This document shows, in pieces, positions 60,004-64,000 of a DNA stretch of 64,000 nucleotides; position 1 is the stretch's first letter, and every line of letters starts with the position of its first letter. This stretch comes from the human T2T-CHM13v2.0 reference genome, Homo sapiens. The notes under the pieces were generated by a model. That model was not told the DNA's origin, ran no database searches, and worked only from the letters and a program-made list of their open reading frames with translations. The stretch lies in the NCBI RefSeq assembly GCF_009914755.1, contig NC_060931.1, one strand, 5' to 3'. A program made the translations under genes and the position numbers.

Positions 60004-62704
60004 TAAGTTGTTTCAATAATTTCAATATTGTTAGTAATTCTGTCCTTAATTTTTTAAAAATATGTTTATCATGGTAGACTTCCACCTCATATTTGATGTT
60101 TGTGACAATCAAATGATTGCATTTAAGTTCTGTCAATATTCATGCATTAGTTGCACAAATTCACTTTCATGGGCTGTAGTTTTATGTAGTTGGTCCAGGG
60201 TGTTATTTTATGCTGCAAGTATATTATACTGATACGTTATTAAAGAATTTCCTACATATGTTCACTGCTGCTCAATACATTTATTTCGTTAAAACAATTA
60301 TCAAGATACTGAAGGCTGATTGGTAACTCACATGGAACTGGGAGAGTATACAATTCTGAACCAAATAGATGATTCTCTATTATTATATCTTAATTTATGT
60401 GTTATGGTATATTAAACATGAAAAAAATTGTATTTGGTTAGAATATGTTTGCTCTTCCTTAACTCGGGAATGACATAGGGTAATATTCACAGATTGGGTT
60501 CCTATAAATCCTCCACTTGAAGTGAAGTCAGTTCAAGTAATGAAAGCTACCTCCTGAGATAGAATCAGTACTTGGCACCTATCTCTAGTGTTCTTTCACC
60601 TCATATAACCTTTCACTGATTAGTAAAGATTATATCCAACAAAGAAAGTACAGCACAGACTGAGATATGATTACTGAGATAAATTTGGGCAAAATATAAA
60701 CTACAGCATTTCTGTAGCAATGAGACCATTTTTTCTTCAGTTGAGCTCCATGTTCTACAAACTTCAATCAAAAAAGGTTCTAGGAGACTCAGTGAAAGTT
60801 GATACACTGTTCAAGGAACAAATAATTTCAGCACATGGGAATTTCACAGGGAAAAATATACTAAAAAGAGAGGTACCATTTTGGATGGTGTCAATATGGG
60901 TTATGAGGAATTCAGGCTGCTGAGTCCAGTGTACAATGGAAACTGAGCTGCAGGTGTGTGATTGTAACAACAAAAGAAATGCTGAAATATTAAGTCCTTT
61001 GCCATGTAAATAGAAAAAGAGTATTTATTTCCCAAACATTATTGCTCACCTGTTTTTGTTATGCCTTTCAAGATAAATCCAGGAAAGGAATTGCATTTTC
61101 TTTCCAGAAAACAAGTTCTTGGGGGAATTGTTCAATTGGTAGATGTTGTTTTTCTCATTAACAAGTGAGTGCTCCATCACACTTGCTGAGTGCTCCATCA
61201 CACTTGCTCTCTGCATTACTCCTCTGCCTGCAAACACATATATAGCAAGGGTGATGACAAGGATATCAGAGGGTCTGGTTTTCTCAAACTCATGATAAAC
61301 TCATGGCTGGGTCATTCTTGGTGCTGATTTTACTTTGTTTTTTGTTGTTATTGTTCCCTCTTCCTCAAAAGATGAAATCTATCCCTCTTACTTGGAATTT
61401 CTCTTTGATATATAGCGAATGTTTGGTTGTAACCTGTATAATCTGGCATGAAATTGTCACTCGAAAAGGCTAGAAGTGTTGACGTAAATATGGGACAGCA
61501 AGAGTTGCTCCTACTCAAGAGAGCAAATATAATGTTCTGGAAGAGATTGGCAGAATTCACATCAAAGGAGTGATTACTTCAGCCTGGGCCACTGTTGTAC
61601 TGGTCAAAAGGCTGTGCAAAGCTCTCTGAAAATCCACTCTTTTATTGCTCTTTAGTAATAAAGTCACTTTCAATTTTAAAAATAACAAACTGATATATTT
61701 TTATGACTCATAAAATGTTAGCAATTATATTATGGAGAATCTACTTTCTGGGTGATTCTTACAAATGTTCTTGGATCTATTTTTTTTTCTTATAGTACCT
61801 ATTCTTCCCATTTTTCTCAGCTCTAGTTAATATATTTCAACAACAGTTCAACAAATTTAACATTTTTATAAAAAGTGTTTCCTATCATTTTATAAATACC
61901 AGCCTAGTCCATGTTATTCCTTTTCTTGTTGAGGAGAAAGGACACACATTGTAAATTCAAATATAGACCTCTACTGTGCTATTTAATCTTGGTAACAACT
62001 CCACAAAGGAGATGACATGTTTTCCTTCTATAGAGGTAGATTCTGTAAAGTTAGAGGGAAGAGTGACTTGCTTAAGATGGCATAGCTGTAACTGGCAGAA
62101 CCAGGATTCAAAGCCAGGTGGGATGCCAAAATCATAATCTGTCTTCAGTGTCAAGTTACTGAAATTGGTAAACATTAGACCTAAATAGACGGAATTGCAA
62201 TCCGGGTTGGGCACATTAAACTCCATTTTCTTCATCAATGTGCTCAGATTACATTTTACTTTTCAGGCTAAAAATGGAAAAAAAGAGTCCCTCTTAGTTC
62301 TGCACTTGAGAATGAGAATAGCTTTTCTGAATTATACAAGGAAGAAGAACTAATGCCCAAATGCCAGGTACCCACATGCACTATGCCATGGCACAGCTGT
62401 TGCCCCCTTTCACCAGAGCCCTCTCTCTGTATCCTGGTTGACCTTTCCTTGGGCAAGAGCTGGGTGGGGAGGATCACAAGTGACTCCAATTTGGATGGCT
62501 TCGGGAAGACTGGGACCGAGCTGAAGGCAGTGTTGTCCTCTGCACTCCCTGTTTTCTGTCTGCTGGAGCACTGAAGCCTCACATATGTATTAAAAAAATA
62601 ATTTCCATTTGCATTTCAGACTAGAAGATTGAACGTATAGTGTAATGTGATTGCAAATAATTATATTGAAATGAGACAGAGAGGATGTAGTATCTACTGT
62701 CATA

Positions 62705-62890
62705 ATTTTTCAAAACCCACCTGCAACTTGAATTAAAAGAACCACTTGGGTTTTTTTTTTTGTTTCAAACGCAAATCCTGGAAACCTACTGAGACTCATT
62801 CAGTCAGTATCTCTAAGAGGCAAGCTTGAGACTGTATATTTAAAAAGCATCTCAGGTGATTTTTACACATGCTAAGGCTTAAGAACCACT
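62705..62890. mobile_element. MER5-family (hAT-Charlie) element
   Basis: cagtatctct...ctgtatatttaaaaagcatctcaggtgatttttacacatgctaaggcttaagaaccact. Confidence 0.65.
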
Positions 62891-63224
62891 TCTCTGTAGC
62901 TTATATGTTATTTTCAATGTTCCTCAAAGCCAAGTTAGAATTTCCAAAGTGTTAAGAATCCATTAGACAATCACAGAATTGTCTTTTTCCTTTATAAATC
63001 TTGCAATGTTGTTCTCATTTCCATACTTAATTACTTAAAACACCAACCAACCAACAAGCAAAAAATGATTAGTCTAACTAATATTACAAGTTAATAATGA
63101 AGTAAAGGTTTAAAAATAATGTCATAATAATGTTAATAACAAATTATTAATTATAATTTAAAAATAATATTTATAATTTAAAAATAATATTTACAAGTAC
63201 TACAAGCAAAACACTGGTACTTTC

Positions 63225-63350
63225 ATTGTTATCTTTTCATATAAGGTAACTGAGGCCCAGAGAGATTAAATAACATGCCCAAGGTCACACAGGTCATATG
63301 ATGTGGAGCCAGGTTAAAAATATAGGCAGAAAGACTCTAGAGACCATGCT
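63225..63350 (-). mobile_element. MIR SINE upstream of exon 8
   Basis: aactgaggcccagagagattaaataacatgcccaaggtcacacag. Confidence 0.75.
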
Positions 63351-63390
63351 CAGATCTTCCATTCCAAGATCCCTGATATTTGAAAAATAA

Positions 63391-63711
<321 letters not shown>

Positions 63712-64000
63712 TAAATAATCAGTCAATAGATCAGTTCTAATGAACTTTGCAAAAATGTGCGAAAAGATAGAAAAAGAAATTTCCTTCACTAGGAAGTTAT
63801 AAAAGTTGCCAGCTAATACTAGGAATGTTCACCTTAAACTTTTCCTAGCATTTCTCTGGACAGTATGATGGATGAGAGTGGCATTTTATGCCAAATTACC
63901 TTAAAATCCCAATAATACTGATGTAGCTAGCAGCTTTGAGAAATTCTAAAGTTTTCAAGTGATAAGACTCAATTTATACAAAGCTAATTGGATAAACTTG

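Overview
Human genomic DNA containing the 5' part of CFTR on the + strand: about 3.3 kb of upstream/promoter sequence and coding exons 1-8 (codons 1-372; legacy exons 1-7). All splice sites are canonical GT-AG and the translation matches wild-type CFTR as I recall it. Introns measure 24101, 4669, 21758, 3161, 882, 1132 and 3426 bp, close to the reference lengths I remember, so there is no sign of a large foreign insert. The rest is mostly interspersed repeats (Alu, L1, MIR, L2, MaLR/ERVL LTRs, Tigger, MER, MADE1); repeat boundaries and subfamilies were assigned by eye and are approximate. Most short ORFs in the track are noise. The most unusual object is a young pre-Ta L1HS in intron 3. Twin priming split its ORF2 almost exactly at the endonuclease boundary, leaving two still-open ORFs on opposite strands: a 239-aa EN and a 1057-aa EN-less RT. 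A point change also creates a CFTR-sense splice acceptor in frame with CFTR exons 1/2. Other notable items are a 94-bp templated inverted duplication in an older L1, a palindromic CTCF-like site in intron 2, an HNF1-like site in a MIR at the 185+10 kb enhancer position, a latent 101-nt poison pseudoexon in intron 7, and marker alleles (GATT)6 and c.869+11T typical of the F508del background. None of this proves a new biological system; the split L1 is the best testable hypothesis.
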